Source: Sedimentisphaerales bacterium
GTDB lineage: Bacteria > Planctomycetota > Phycisphaerae > Sedimentisphaerales > Anaerobacaceae
Assembly (NCBI GenBank): GCA_963708075.1
Contig: OY970194.1
Coordinates: 6,560,001-6,624,000 of the forward strand
DNA: 64,000 bases
Direction: 5' to 3'
Shown piece by piece: positions 50,195 to 62,000 of the stretch; position 1 is the first letter of the stretch; each line of letters begins with the position of its first letter. A program made the position numbers and the translations under genes. Under the pieces are notes generated by a model. That model saw only the letters and a program-made list of their open reading frames with translations. It was not told the DNA's origin and ran no database searches.

Positions 50195-53100
50195 TTACAG
50201 GTTCGCCGAGCCGGGTGAGCCACCCTCCGTGGTGCTGGGGCGCCAGGCGCTCTTGCTGTCCAGCGTATTCGGGTTCGCGCGGGGGTCCTTCACTGTGAGG
50301 GAAAAGCCCATGCCGTCGGTGGTGTCGAACCAATCATCCTGGAAGCGGAAGCTGTGAATGACGGTGCCCACGGCGTCGAGCAATTCAAGTCGCTCGCCCG
50401 CGTTACTCAGACTGCCCGTGTACTGGCTGACGATGGGCAGGCCGGAACCGTACCTGGCTGTGAACGCCGCGGCGTCCTTGACCACAAGGCAATAGCCGCT
50501 CGGGGCCAGTTCATAGCTTGGGAAGATGAAACTCACGCCGTTGGTGAACTCCACGAGGCTCAAATCGATCGTTTCACTGCCGATATTAGTCAATTCGATG
50601 AATTCCGTGTTCGGATCGTCGGGGTTTCCGGTGTCGGCCGGATGATACATGATCTCGCTGATTCGCAGACTCTGCGCCACAGGCCCTACGGCAAAGACCG
50701 CCTCGTTCAATGCGCTCCAGATCGTGCCGCTCAATGTGCGCGCTTTGACCCGTGCGCTGTGGCTCAACTTGATCGGTCCGCTGTATCTGGCTCCTCCGGC
50801 CGGAGTGCTCCCGCCGCCGGGGTCGCTCCAGGTGGCGGAGAGTGTGACGCTGAACAGAAAGTCCGAGCTCGATGCCCCGGCATTCATGGCCTGAATCGCC
50901 AGGATATTCTGCCCGCGTTTCATCGCATTCTTTGCGTTCGGCGCGTTGATCTCCGCGAGAATCACGGCATCGACGTCCGGGTTCTGGGGGCTTGCCCCCG
51001 AGTTCCACGCCGGTTCGCCCGTGAGATTGGCCCGCGCGATTTCGATCCCGTTGATGTAGGCGACGAAGCCGTCATCATACCGGGCCCGTAATTGCACAGT
51101 GTCGGATGCGCCAAGGTCGCGGTCGAGCGTGAAGGGGATGCGAATGTAGCAGCTCGACTGTTTATTGTACATCTGGCCGACGGTATCAAAGGAGATGAAC
51201 TGCTCGTAGCCGGTGCTGCGTTCAAAGCCGACACCCCCGGGGCCGCCCGGCGAGACGGTCCAGGCGGCATCATCGAAGGGCTGGCCGCCTCGCCACGCGT
51301 CACTGATCGGGCCCGTTGGAACGAGCACACGCTTGGTGGCATTTTCCGCCACAATGACCCCCGCACCGTTCTGGCTCACGGCGCGAGGGTCGCTGCCATC
51401 GAGTGTATAGAAGACTGTGCCGGCGCCGGCTTGCATGGAGAGACTGTCGGTGGATGCCACGTGACCGCCATGCTTGTAGCCGCCATTGACGAAGAACACG
51501 GGCGCGTCCACGTTCGGGTAGAGTCCGGCGCTGCGGAACTGGCTCAGTACAATGCCCGTTCGCTGGGGAAGGTACGTGGTGAGAATCCAGTTGCGCTCGT
51601 TGAGCCAATCCTGTTGTGTGAGCGGCTGCACATGGCTCTGGTCGCCCCATCGCGCCGACTCGGCGATGATCGCCTTCTCGACGATTGCCGCAAGACCCTC
51701 ATAGCGGCTAATCAGCGGCGTGGGCGTCAGGACCGACTCGTTGAACATGAAGCGATGCACGCGGTCCGCAAAGAGCATCCTGTACTCCGGGTTCTGTTTG
51801 AGATTCTGGTGCGGCTCGCCTGCGGACGAGAAACTGTTGTTCAGGGCGTTCTTGTCCAGCGGGGATCGGTCCCGGTTGTTGCCCATCGTGTTCTCATAGT
51901 CCCAACAGAAGAACATGAAGCCCGTGCTGTCGGCCGTGCGGTCGCGGGCCGCGTACCAGTTCTTCCATGGCCAGTCCCAATTGCCGCCCCAGAGGTTGAC
52001 GATCAGGTAGTCGATGTAATTCGTCACATTCAGCAGAACTGGGTAAGCGGGGTTCGGTGTGCCGTCGGGATTGCGGCCTTGCAGCCGCTGGTAGGCATCG
52101 TTGGATGTCGCGGCCGCCCGGCACAGGCTGAGCGTTTGGCCCCAGGCGACCGTGTCCCCGGTCCCGGGTATCGCGTCGTGGAGTGAATCCCAGTCGCCCT
52201 CCTGGCCTCCATAGTAACTGGAGCAGAACGAGGCGTCCGGCCGCTCGCACGGGTTGTACAGGCCCCAGTACAGGCCGTTCACATAGAGATGCACGAATGT
52301 CCCGTGTGAGCCGAGGTTGCCGGTCGCCCGTTGCAGACTGCGCCCGAACTCATCTCGCGTATACTGCTCCGTATATCGGGCCGCATTCCATGAGTATCCG
52401 TCGTTGGCGCCGCGCGCAGGGTGATCGTGTTGAAGTGGTCCACGGCCGTGTCGCCGAACAGGGGATAGTGCAGCTCGGAAGGGCCGTAGATGCTCTTGAA
52501 CAGCAGCCGGAACGATTTCTTCGGCGTGAGGCCCCAATTGCGAAAGGCCCCGCCCTGGACGCGGACGCCGCAGTTGACTTGGAAACCCGGTGTGCCGTCC
52601 GGGTAGATCAGCTCGGCCGAGCACGGCCTTTCCCAGGCGACCCCGCTCTGGGTGGGATTGGCGTAGAAGCCTTTCTGCGCATCGAACAGGTCTGTCAGGC
52701 CGGCGACGATCGACATGGATGGAATGGACAGGAGCGATTCCTCCATCAGGGGAGCGTACCTTGCGTCCTTCACGATGTCGGGGTCCATCTCATAGTCCGC
52801 CGCCTTCGAACCCCACGTTGTGGGAAATCCGCCAGGCCTTGGTGGCTGCGTTAGAACGTTCGACAGAAAGAGGTACGTGTGAGTAATGCTTCTGCTGGAT
52901 AGCCAGCCTGACTTGAGGGCCATGGCCCGCAGGCAGGTCGTTCTCACGATGTGGATGGGGCCGGTATAGACCCGGGCGCTTGAAGGGCCATGTGAGCCCG
53001 GGGCCGGCTCGCTGCCATCGACAGTATAGTAAATCGTGGCTCCGGGCGTCTCGCACGCGAGGGCCACATCAAAGGGTGCATCATAGAAGCCGCGGTCGTG

Positions 53101-53658
53101 ACTGAATTCCACGTCCGCCACGGCGCCGATGTAGGCGAGGAAATTGGAGCTGCCCGGCGTTGGAAGCACCATGAACTGCCACGGCCCTCCATCGGGCAGC
53201 CGGCCGTAAGAGGTGTCGCTCGCCAAATCCGCAAATGCCATATAGTCAATCACTGTGGCCCCGTCTTTGTCGCAGAGAGCAATCTCCTCCCCCTCGACAC
53301 CGAGCTTGAAACTCGCGTGCAGCACGGCATCGGCCGTGTCGCCATCCGCCCAGATGACCAGAAAGCCCCCGGCCGCAATCGTGGTCGCCGCAGGCTTGCC
53401 CGTGGGAATTCGCCACCTCGTCGGGTCCGACAGATCGTCGGTCAGGTACATCCCCCCGATATCGATCGGTTGACCGCCGGCATTGTAGATCTCGATCCAG
53501 TCATCGTACTGGCCCTGCGGGTCCGACATGACGCTGCTGTTGGCCGCCATGACTTCGTTGATGAACAACGGGCCGGTTCCTTGCAGTGACAATTCACCGG
53601 CAACAGCGCCATCGACAAGCGCCAGAGCGAGCAGCACATATCGGACGCATTCGAGCAT
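50195..53658 (-). CDS. lamin-tail domain / CotH kinase / Fn3-associated secreted protein (frameshift near 52412)
   Basis: INEVMA.N...DWIEIYN, YYT.DGSEP, K.SFRL.FK..YG, LYVNG.YWGLY...ER, WDYE, ISEIMYHP...EFIEL.N motifs. Confidence 0.88.
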
Positions 53659-53938
53659 GTCACACCTCCGTCACCCAGATTCCCGCGGAGCAAGATGCTC
53701 CCTCCTGCAGTCCAGTCCCGGCACCGGGAAAGAACTCCGCAAAAACTACCCGATTATAGCCTACTCGGTCCGGCTCAGTCAATCGGGCCTCTGAATAGCA
53801 GGTGTACAGATGGCCGACTTGTTACGAGAAATCCACTGACGGGCATGGAGGCAACTGATTGTGGACCGGGCGGCGGGCGTGCTATAATCCGGCGTCTTGG
53901 TCTTTGACTTTCGAGGTCCCTTTGAAGGAGGAACTGCA

Positions 53939-55190
53939 ATGCAGAATTCCATGTCTCGGCGGGCAGTGTTGAAGGCAGGAGTGGGGGGCGGGGCCGCGCT
54001 GGCGTTTTCGGCGGCCAGCTATGCGCGGGTCATCGGCGCGAATGATCGGATTTCCATCGGGCAGATTGGGTGCGGCAGCCGGGGAGTCGGTGCCCATATG
54101 GCGGGGGTGGCTCCCTATGCCAAGGAACAGAACATCGAGGTCACGGCGGTCTGCGATCCCTGGCGGTTGCGGCGAGAGGAGGCTTCGGCCAAGGCGAATG
54201 AAACGTACGGCCGGCCGGCCCGGCAGTTCGTCTCCTATCGCGACCTGCTCGCGCTCAAGGACGTCGATGCCGTGATGATCGCCTCGCCCGACCACATGCA
54301 CACGACACACCTCAAGGCGGCGGCCGAGGCGGGCAAGGACGCCTACTGCGAGAAGCCCTTGGCGATGGATATGGAGAGACTCAAGGAGGCGTGCGACGCC
54401 GTGAAGAAGGCGAATATCGTCGTCCAGATCGGGACACAGTTACGCAGTCTGCCGAGCTTCACAGGCTGCCGGGAGCTGTACAAGACGGGAATTCTCGGCA
54501 CGGTGGGCCGGATCGAGCAATGCCGCAACAACGAGACGCCGTACTGGTATTCCTATGTGAAGGACGTCAAGCCGGAGGACGTGGATTGGAAGGAGTTCCT
54601 GGGGGATCGGCCCGCGCAGCCGTTCGATCCGGTGAAGTATTCCGGCTGGTACGGTTATCGCGAGTTCTCCGACGGACCCGTCTGCGGCTACGGCAGTCAC
54701 TTCCTCGATCTCGTTCACTACATCACCGGCGCCAAGTTCCCGACCAGTTGCGTTTGCTCTCGGCGGCACGTTCACCTACAAAGACGAGCACAAATTCACC
54801 TGTCCGGACCATGTGCAGGCCCTCTGGATCTATCCGGAAGGGTTCATGGTGAGCTACTCGACCCTCTGCGGCAACGGCGCCGGCAACAGCTTCAAAATCT
54901 TCGGCGACGAGGGCATCCTCGACATGGTGGAGTGGACCAAGCCGGTCCTGACCGCCGAGGGCGGCGCCAAACGGCAGGGCCAGATTCGGGGCAGGAACCC
55001 GGTGAAAGACGTTCCTCGGGCGGAGCACTTCCTCGACTGGCTCCAGTGCCTGCGCTCCCGCGGGACGCCGAACGCCCCCATCGAGGCCGGCTACCAGCAC
55101 GCCGTCGCTTGCCTGATGGCCGTCCGCTCGTTCGACACCGGCAAACGCATGATCTACGACGCAGAGAAACGCGAGATTCGCGAGGGATAG
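53939..55190 (+). CDS. Gfo/Idh/MocA oxidoreductase, Tat-exported (frameshift near 54758)
   Basis: SRR.VLK, IGANDRI, GCGSRG, DAV.IASPDH.H and YCEKP motifs. The C-terminus continues in the next frame. Confidence 0.9.
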
Positions 55191-55228
55191 TGTGACAGTA
55201 CCAATGCAAGGTATGAGGGAAGACGAAA

Positions 55229-57554
55229 ATGGACGCAAAGAAGCACCTTACGCGGCGTGAGTTTCTCGATAAGGCGACGAAAACAGGGGCCGGTCTGGGC
55301 GCCATGTCCACGCTTGCGTGGACATGCTCTCTCTCGCATTCAGAGCATGCCTACGCAGGCGTAGGCATGGCACCCGCGCAGGACACTTGGCAGATCGGGT
55401 GCTACACGCGGCCTTGGGCTGAGCAGGACTATCGCGTTGCACTCGACGCGATTGCCGAGGCCGGCTACAAGTACGTCGGCCTGATGACCACCAAGTCAAA
55501 GACCAACCTCGTGATCTCCGTGGAGACCACGCCGGAAGAGGCGGCCCAGATCGCGAGGAGGTCAGGAAACGCGGATCTGAAGGTCGCCTCCGTCTATGGC
55601 GGGCGGGATTCCGGTGGAGAAGTCGCTCGAAGCGGGCATCGAGGGCCTGCGCAAGCTGATCGACAACTGTGCCGCATGTGGGGCGACGAACCTCCTCATG
55701 GGCGGCATCGGCAACAAGGAGTTGTACGAGCCGTACTACAAGGCGATTGCCGCATGCTGCGATTACGCGGCGAGCAAGGGCATGGGCATCAGCGTCAAGC
55801 CGCACGGCGGTCTGAACGCGACCGGGCCCCAGTGCCGCAAGACGATTGAGTTCGTCGGGCACAAGAACTTTCGCATCTGGTACGATCCCGGCAACATCTT
55901 TTACTACTCTGACGGCAAGCTGAATCCGGTGGATGATGCACCGACAGTGGACGGGCTGGTCGTGGGAATGTCCGTCAAGGACTTTAAGCCGCCCAAGGAA
56001 GTGCTTGTGACGCCGGGAACGGGACAGGTGGATTTCCCCGCCGTATTTGCGAAGCTCAAAGCGGGCGGTTTCAAGGGCGGGCCGCTCATCGTCGAGTGCC
56101 TCGAACCGGGCGATCTGGAGCATACGATGGAAGAAGCGAAAAAGGCGCGTCGGTTCCTCGAAAATCTGACCGGGCAGAAGTCCCGTGGCGATGCAGATGC
56201 GGCTGCCAGTGCCGGACCCCTCCGGGCGGGCGTCGCTGTCACCGATATCACGCCGCCGATCGGCTATCGCATGAGCGGCTATTTCAGCGAGCGCCTGAGC
56301 ACGGGCGTTCTGAACCCGCTTCACGCCAAGGCCCTTGTGTTGCGGCAGGGGAGCACACGGGCGGCCATGGTGTTCTGCGATATCATCGGTTTGTCGCCCG
56401 ATGTTTCGAAGCGGGCTCGCGAGCAGGCCCAGCAAGAGACAGGTATTGCCGCCGAGAACATTTTGCTTGCCGCCACGCACACACATACCGGTCCGCTGTA
56501 CCATGATGCCTTGCGGGACTATCTGCACGAGCGGGCGGTGGCTAAGCAGGGAAAGGACCCTTGTGAGGATAAAGACTATCCTGCTCAGCTCGTAGCTGGA
56601 ATCGTCGAGGCGATCAAGCAGGCGGATGCCAAGGTACAGCCGGTGCGGCTGGAGGCTGGAGTGGCCCAGCAGCAGGGCCTGTCCTTCAACAGGCGATTCC
56701 ACATGAAGGACGGCACCGTGCGGTTCAATCCGGGCCCGCTGAATCCGGATATCGTTCGTGCCGCCGGACCCATTGACCCGAGCGTCGGCATCGTGATGCT
56801 TCGCGATGCAGACGGCAAGAATGCCCTGGCAGGCGTGGTCAACTTCCCGTTGCACCTCGATACGACTGGCGGAACACAGTACGGGGCGGACTACCCCTAC
56901 TTTGCGGAGCATACTCTGCGGCAGACGCTCGGCAACGACTTTGTGCTCCTGTTTAGCACGGGCACGTGCGGCGACATCAACCACATCGACATAACCACCA
57001 AGGAGCGGCTCAAAAGCGATACCATCGGCCGGACGCTGGCCGGCACGGTGGCGGCAAGTCTGCCCGAACTCAAGACCGTGGCCGCACCGGTGTTGGCGGT
57101 CCGCCGACAGATCGTGGATGCCCCGATGCAGAAGTTCACGCCTCAGGAGATCGAGCAGGCGAAGCAGGATATGCCCAAGGTCGGCACGAGCGGGTTGTCG
57201 TTCCTCGACCAGGTCCGCGCGTACAAGATCCTGGATGCGCAGTCGCGCCGCGGCCCGACGTTGCCGCTCGAGGTGCAGGTCTTTCGGCTCAGCGATCAGG
57301 TTGCCGTGGTTGGCCTGCCGGGCGAGGTCTTTGTCGATCTCGGCCTTGCCATCAAGCAGGCCAGCCCATTCCCGACAACGCTCGTGGTCGAGCTCTGCCA
57401 GGACGAGTGCGGCTACATCCCAACGCGAAAGGCCTTTGCCGAAGGCAGCTATGAGACCGTCAATTCCCGCATCGCCCCGGGCGGCGGCGAGATGATGGTC
57501 GAAGCGGCGGTCCGCTTGCTGAAAGAGCTTGCCCCCACGGGCAAGACCGGCTGA
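55229..57554 (+). CDS. Tat-exported fusion of sugar phosphate isomerase/epimerase and neutral/alkaline ceramidase-like domain (indels at about 55550-55605)
   Basis: TRREFL, KPHGG, YDPGNI, PGTG.VDF. Then AGVA..DITP, ATHTHTGP, NF..H.D, CGDIN and LPGEVF. Confidence 0.85.
55297..55375. repeat. REP-like doublet inside the coding sequence
   Basis: gggcgccatgtccacgc-tt-gcgtggacatg ... catgcctacgc-ag-gcgtaggcatggcaccc. Confidence 0.85.
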
Positions 57555-57738
57555 TCCGCCCACCGCCGTGCGGAATGCAGAATGTGGAGTATGGGTTGAG
57601 GATTGCCCGGCAGGCGAACTTGATCGCCGGCCAAGCCGTAAATCGTGTATAGGAACGGTTGCGCGGTGAGTCTATAAAGGTAGCGGAATTTACCGCGATA
57701 CCTGCATGAAACTGAAGACGAACAGGAGGTAAGAACGC

Positions 57739-58709
57739 ATGGGACTCCAGATGAGAATGTTGCTGCTCGTCGCCCTGATGTTCGGCATTCTCTACGGGAT
57801 CATCGTGGCCCTCGGAACCTACGCGGGCGTCAACGACCCCTTTGCCTACATCATCATGGCGGTGGTGATTGTCGGCCTGCAGTACCTGGTCGGCCCGAGC
57901 CTTGTCAGCGCGATGATGCGGGTCCGCTACGTCAGCGAGGATGAAGAGCCGGAGCTGCACCAGATGGTCGCGGAGCTGGCTGAGAAGGCCGGCATTCCGA
58001 AGCCTCGCGTCGGCATCTCGGAAGTCTCGATCCCGAACGCTTTCGCCTTCGGCCGCTCTATCCGTGACGGCCGGGTCTGCATCACCCGCGGCATCCAGCA
58101 ACTGCTCAATCGCAACGAGCTGCGCCTGTCCTCGGGCACGAGATCATGCACCTGAAGAGCCGCGATATGATCGTCATCACGTTCCTGTCGGTGATTCCGC
58201 TGGTGTGCTACTACGCGGCGTTGAGCCTGATGTTCCGTCCCAGCCGACGCGACGAGCATGGCGCAAATTACGCGGTCCTGGTCGGACTCGGGGCGTTTGC
58301 GATGTACTTTATCTCCAATTTGCTGGTCTTGTACGGCTCGCGCATCCGCGAGTACTATGCCGATGAGGGCAGCGTCAAGCTTGGCAATCCGCCAAACCAA
58401 CTGGCGACCGCGCTCTATAAGCTGGTCTATGGCTCCGCCCGGCTCAAGAACGATCCCCGCGCCCAGTATGATCTGCATCGTGCCGAAGGGATCAGAGCCT
58501 TCTTCGTCAACGACGTTGCCAACGCATCAAGGGAGATCGCCGACCTGCAGCAAGTGGATCGGGATTACTCCGGCACGATCAGTGAAAACGAATTGCTCAG
58601 CCTGCGTTCCCAATCTGTCCGCCTCAAGGGCGCTGAGCACATGATGGAGCTCTTCACGACACATCCCAACATGCTCAAGCGCATCAGGCGCCTGGCCACG
58701 CTGGCATAA
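57739..58709 (+). CDS. htpX: zinc metalloprotease HtpX (M48) (frameshift near 58125)
   Basis: PNAFAFG, restored ELRAVLGHEIMH, SR.REY.AD and F.THP...KRI motifs. Confidence 0.9.
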
Positions 58710-58732
58710 GTCCCATAGTATTGTCAAATCCC

Positions 58733-58825
58733 GGGTGGCAGCAGCTAACGCAGCCCGCGGAGCTTGCCGATGGCGTTCCGCAGCATGTGAGAGCCATCGG
58801 CAAGCTGCGCTTGCCGCTGCCACCC
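58733..58825. repeat. REP/REPIN-like nested inverted repeat
   Basis: gggtggcagc...agcttgccgatggc...gccatcggcaagct...gctgccaccc. Confidence 0.75.
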
Positions 58826-59041
58826 ATCCTTAATGTCCTGATGTCCTCACAGACACCATCCCAGGTACCCCCGCTCGTTTCCGGACTTTCGAATTGACAA
58901 ACCGGCTCTCCATATGGTAGCATAATAGGCAGTGGTGCGATTGAGACCCGCGTACCGCATAGATTGGGATCAGAGGAGGCCGGGCAGGAGGCCCGGAATG
59001 CCGCGCAAGTGCGGCCGCACGTGCTTATCGGAGGTCAAATC

Positions 59042-62000
59042 GTGGATTGTCCCGCCCGGAGAGAATCGCTGATTGTCATTGCGGCCGTTTCCCTGTTCCT
59101 GAGTTCCGCCCTGTTCGCCGAATCGGTGGACCTTTCTCAAGCTCGCGAAGCAGCGGATAGTTTTCTCAAGATGCGGGCTGCCCGTCCGGACAAATCGCGG
59201 AACACGCTATCGGTGGCCTCATCGGAGGGCATTACGGCTGCCGGCATCCGCGAAGTTCGTGACGATAACGGGACGGTCTTAGCCTATGTGACTGATCTGA
59301 CGCCTCGCGGCTTCATCGCCATGTCGGCGGACACAGATCTCGTGCCCATCATCGCGTACTCTTTCCGCAATTCTCTCCCCGCAGATCTGGACGAGAGCAA
59401 TCCCCTGTATCGCATGTTGCGCGAGGACCTGAGGCTCAGGACCATCGCGCTGGCGGAGCATCCTGAACTCAAGAGCGTTGAGACAAGCAAACTGTGGGAT
59501 TCATATATCAGCGCGCAGGCGGCCGAGCCGAACGATGCGACATTCGAGCAGTGGCCGGCGGAGGGCGCCACCTCCACGGGCGGCTGGCTGGAGACCGCCT
59601 GGGACCAGGACACACCCTATAACAAGTTCTGTCCTCTGGACCCCGTGGATCGTGCCAGATCCTATGTGGGCTGTGCGGCGACGGCACTTGCCCAATTGCT
59701 GAATTATCACCGGCACTGTGAGGCCAATTTCAGCGACGCCGATTCCTACATGGCATATAGCGGCATGAAGATCGATGCCGACAGCACTCTCTACGACTTT
59801 CCATCGTTTGGCGAGCTGAACGGGTATCTCGACGCGGCCCGGGCCAAGTACAGTGCAGGAGCCGATGTCAACGACACGGACGCCGCAGCGCTGAGCTTCG
59901 CCTGCGGAGTGGCCATGGGAATGGACTACTCCAGTGAAGGGTCGGGCGCTGCGCCGGTTGCCGTGCGAGACGGGTTGCTCGACAAGCTCGGCTTTCACGC
60001 GGCAGACATGTTCGGCGGGCTCTCCGCGGATACTTATCGCGCGCTGCAGGAGAACATGATCAACCAACTGCCCGCCCTGGTGGGCATCTGCACGCCGGAC
60101 GGGTACATGGGACATCTGGTCGTTTGCGACGGCTACAATACCAACGACGAATACCATCTCAACTTCGGCTGGGGCTCCGACTACCCGGACAAAATGACCG
60201 AGGTGTGGTACCGTCTGCCGACGGACCTCCTGTCGCACAAGAACGTGATCAGCGAGGTCATCCTGAACATACAGCCCACCAAGCCCGTCCTTGAGGTGGA
60301 CCCGGTGTCGATGAGCTTCCACAGTGCTCCGGGCCAGGAATCCGCACAGCAGAGCCTGCGCCTGGCCAATGACGTCGAGGGAGTTCATGTGCATTCTGTC
60401 TCTAGCCCGGACGGCTTTCTGATCGCCCGAGCCGGCGGTCAGTACTCGAATCGGCTTGACTCCTTCGCGATTCAGCGTGCGGGAGAGGGGGCGACAATCA
60501 ACGTCAAGTTCCGGCCGGAACGGGCGGGGGGATACCACGGGACGCTTGTCATTCAGTATGGCGATGGACGGGCGAAGTACGTCATTCTGAAAGGCTGGTC
60601 ATACGACGGCGGTACCCGGATCATGGCCGGGAACGTGTCGGGTGTGTGGTCGCAGGCGCAATCGCCATACTTCGTCATGGGGGATATCCAGGTGCCGCAA
60701 GGGAGGGAGTTGGGGATTGAGCCCGGCGTCAGAGTTTTCTTTGTCGGGCCGTATAGCATGACGGTCGGCAGGAATGCGCGATTGACGGCCCGTGGAAACG
60801 CCGCTCATCTCGTGGAGTTCACCGCCTGGAACAGAGACTGTGGTTGGACGGGCCTGCGTTTCGTGGACTCGGGCGACGATGACCTGTTGAGTCATTGCTC
60901 GATCACGTTTGCGAAGAAGGGCGCTGGAGCAATTCCGCAAGGCAACAGTACGGCAGGGACCTCTGCGGAGACCCGGGGCGGAGCCATCTACTGCGAGGGC
61001 TCCGATCCGACCATCGAGAATTGTAAAATCACAAATAACGTCGGGGACGTGGGTGGGGCGGTGTATTGCGTGGGAAGCTCGCCCGTGATCAGCAACACGT
61101 TGATTGCCAACAACACCTCGGCCGGGGGACGGCCGCGATCCGGCGGCGTCTGCTGCGATCAGTGGGGCGTGCCGGAGCTCAAGAACTGCACGATTGTGCA
61201 TAACTCGCCCGGCGGGATCTTCGCGACGTCCTGGGAAGGCACGAATGTGACGAACACCATCGTCTGGGGCAACGACGTATATCAAATCCAGACGGATGAA
61301 TGCTCGCCGACCGTGTCATTCTGCGACGTGCAGGGAGGCTATCGCGGGGAGGGCAATATGAACGTCGACCCATGCTTCTTCGACCCAAGCGCCGGAGCAG
61401 GGATCGACTACGATGGCTTAGCGGCCAGTTGGGCGTTGCGGACCCGCTCGCCATGCGTCAACGCGGGAACTCAGATCGCCGACCTTCCGTCAACCGACCT
61501 GGCGGGAGGCTCCAGGATTCAAAGTGACGTGGTTGACCTCGGCGCGTATGAGAACCAGTCGAGTGTGCCCTTAATGACGATTTCGCCTTCAGTCATTGCC
61601 GACGCAGGTTTCGTGCCCGTCGATGCAAATGCGGCTGTCCAATTGGATATCGAGAACACCGGGACGGGAGACTTCAAGATCGAGGGCCTGAGCATCGCCG
61701 ACGCGAACGGCATATTCTCTCTGCTGACCCCGGTCCAGGACCGTATTTTATCACCGGGGGATTCAGTACAGGTCAAGGCTGGCTTCCGGCCGCGGCAGGA
61801 GAAGAGCTACACCGCCACGATGGATGTTCACTCGACGGCTGATAACGGCGAGCACAGGCAGGTCACCCTGCGCGGCGTGGGCGTTTCCGGGACCATTGTC
61901 CCCGGCCCATCCGTCAGCGGCACCTGGAAGAAGGCACAGAGCCCTTACGTCATTACCGGTGACATTCGCATCCCCAAAAGCAAAACGCTGACGATTGAGC

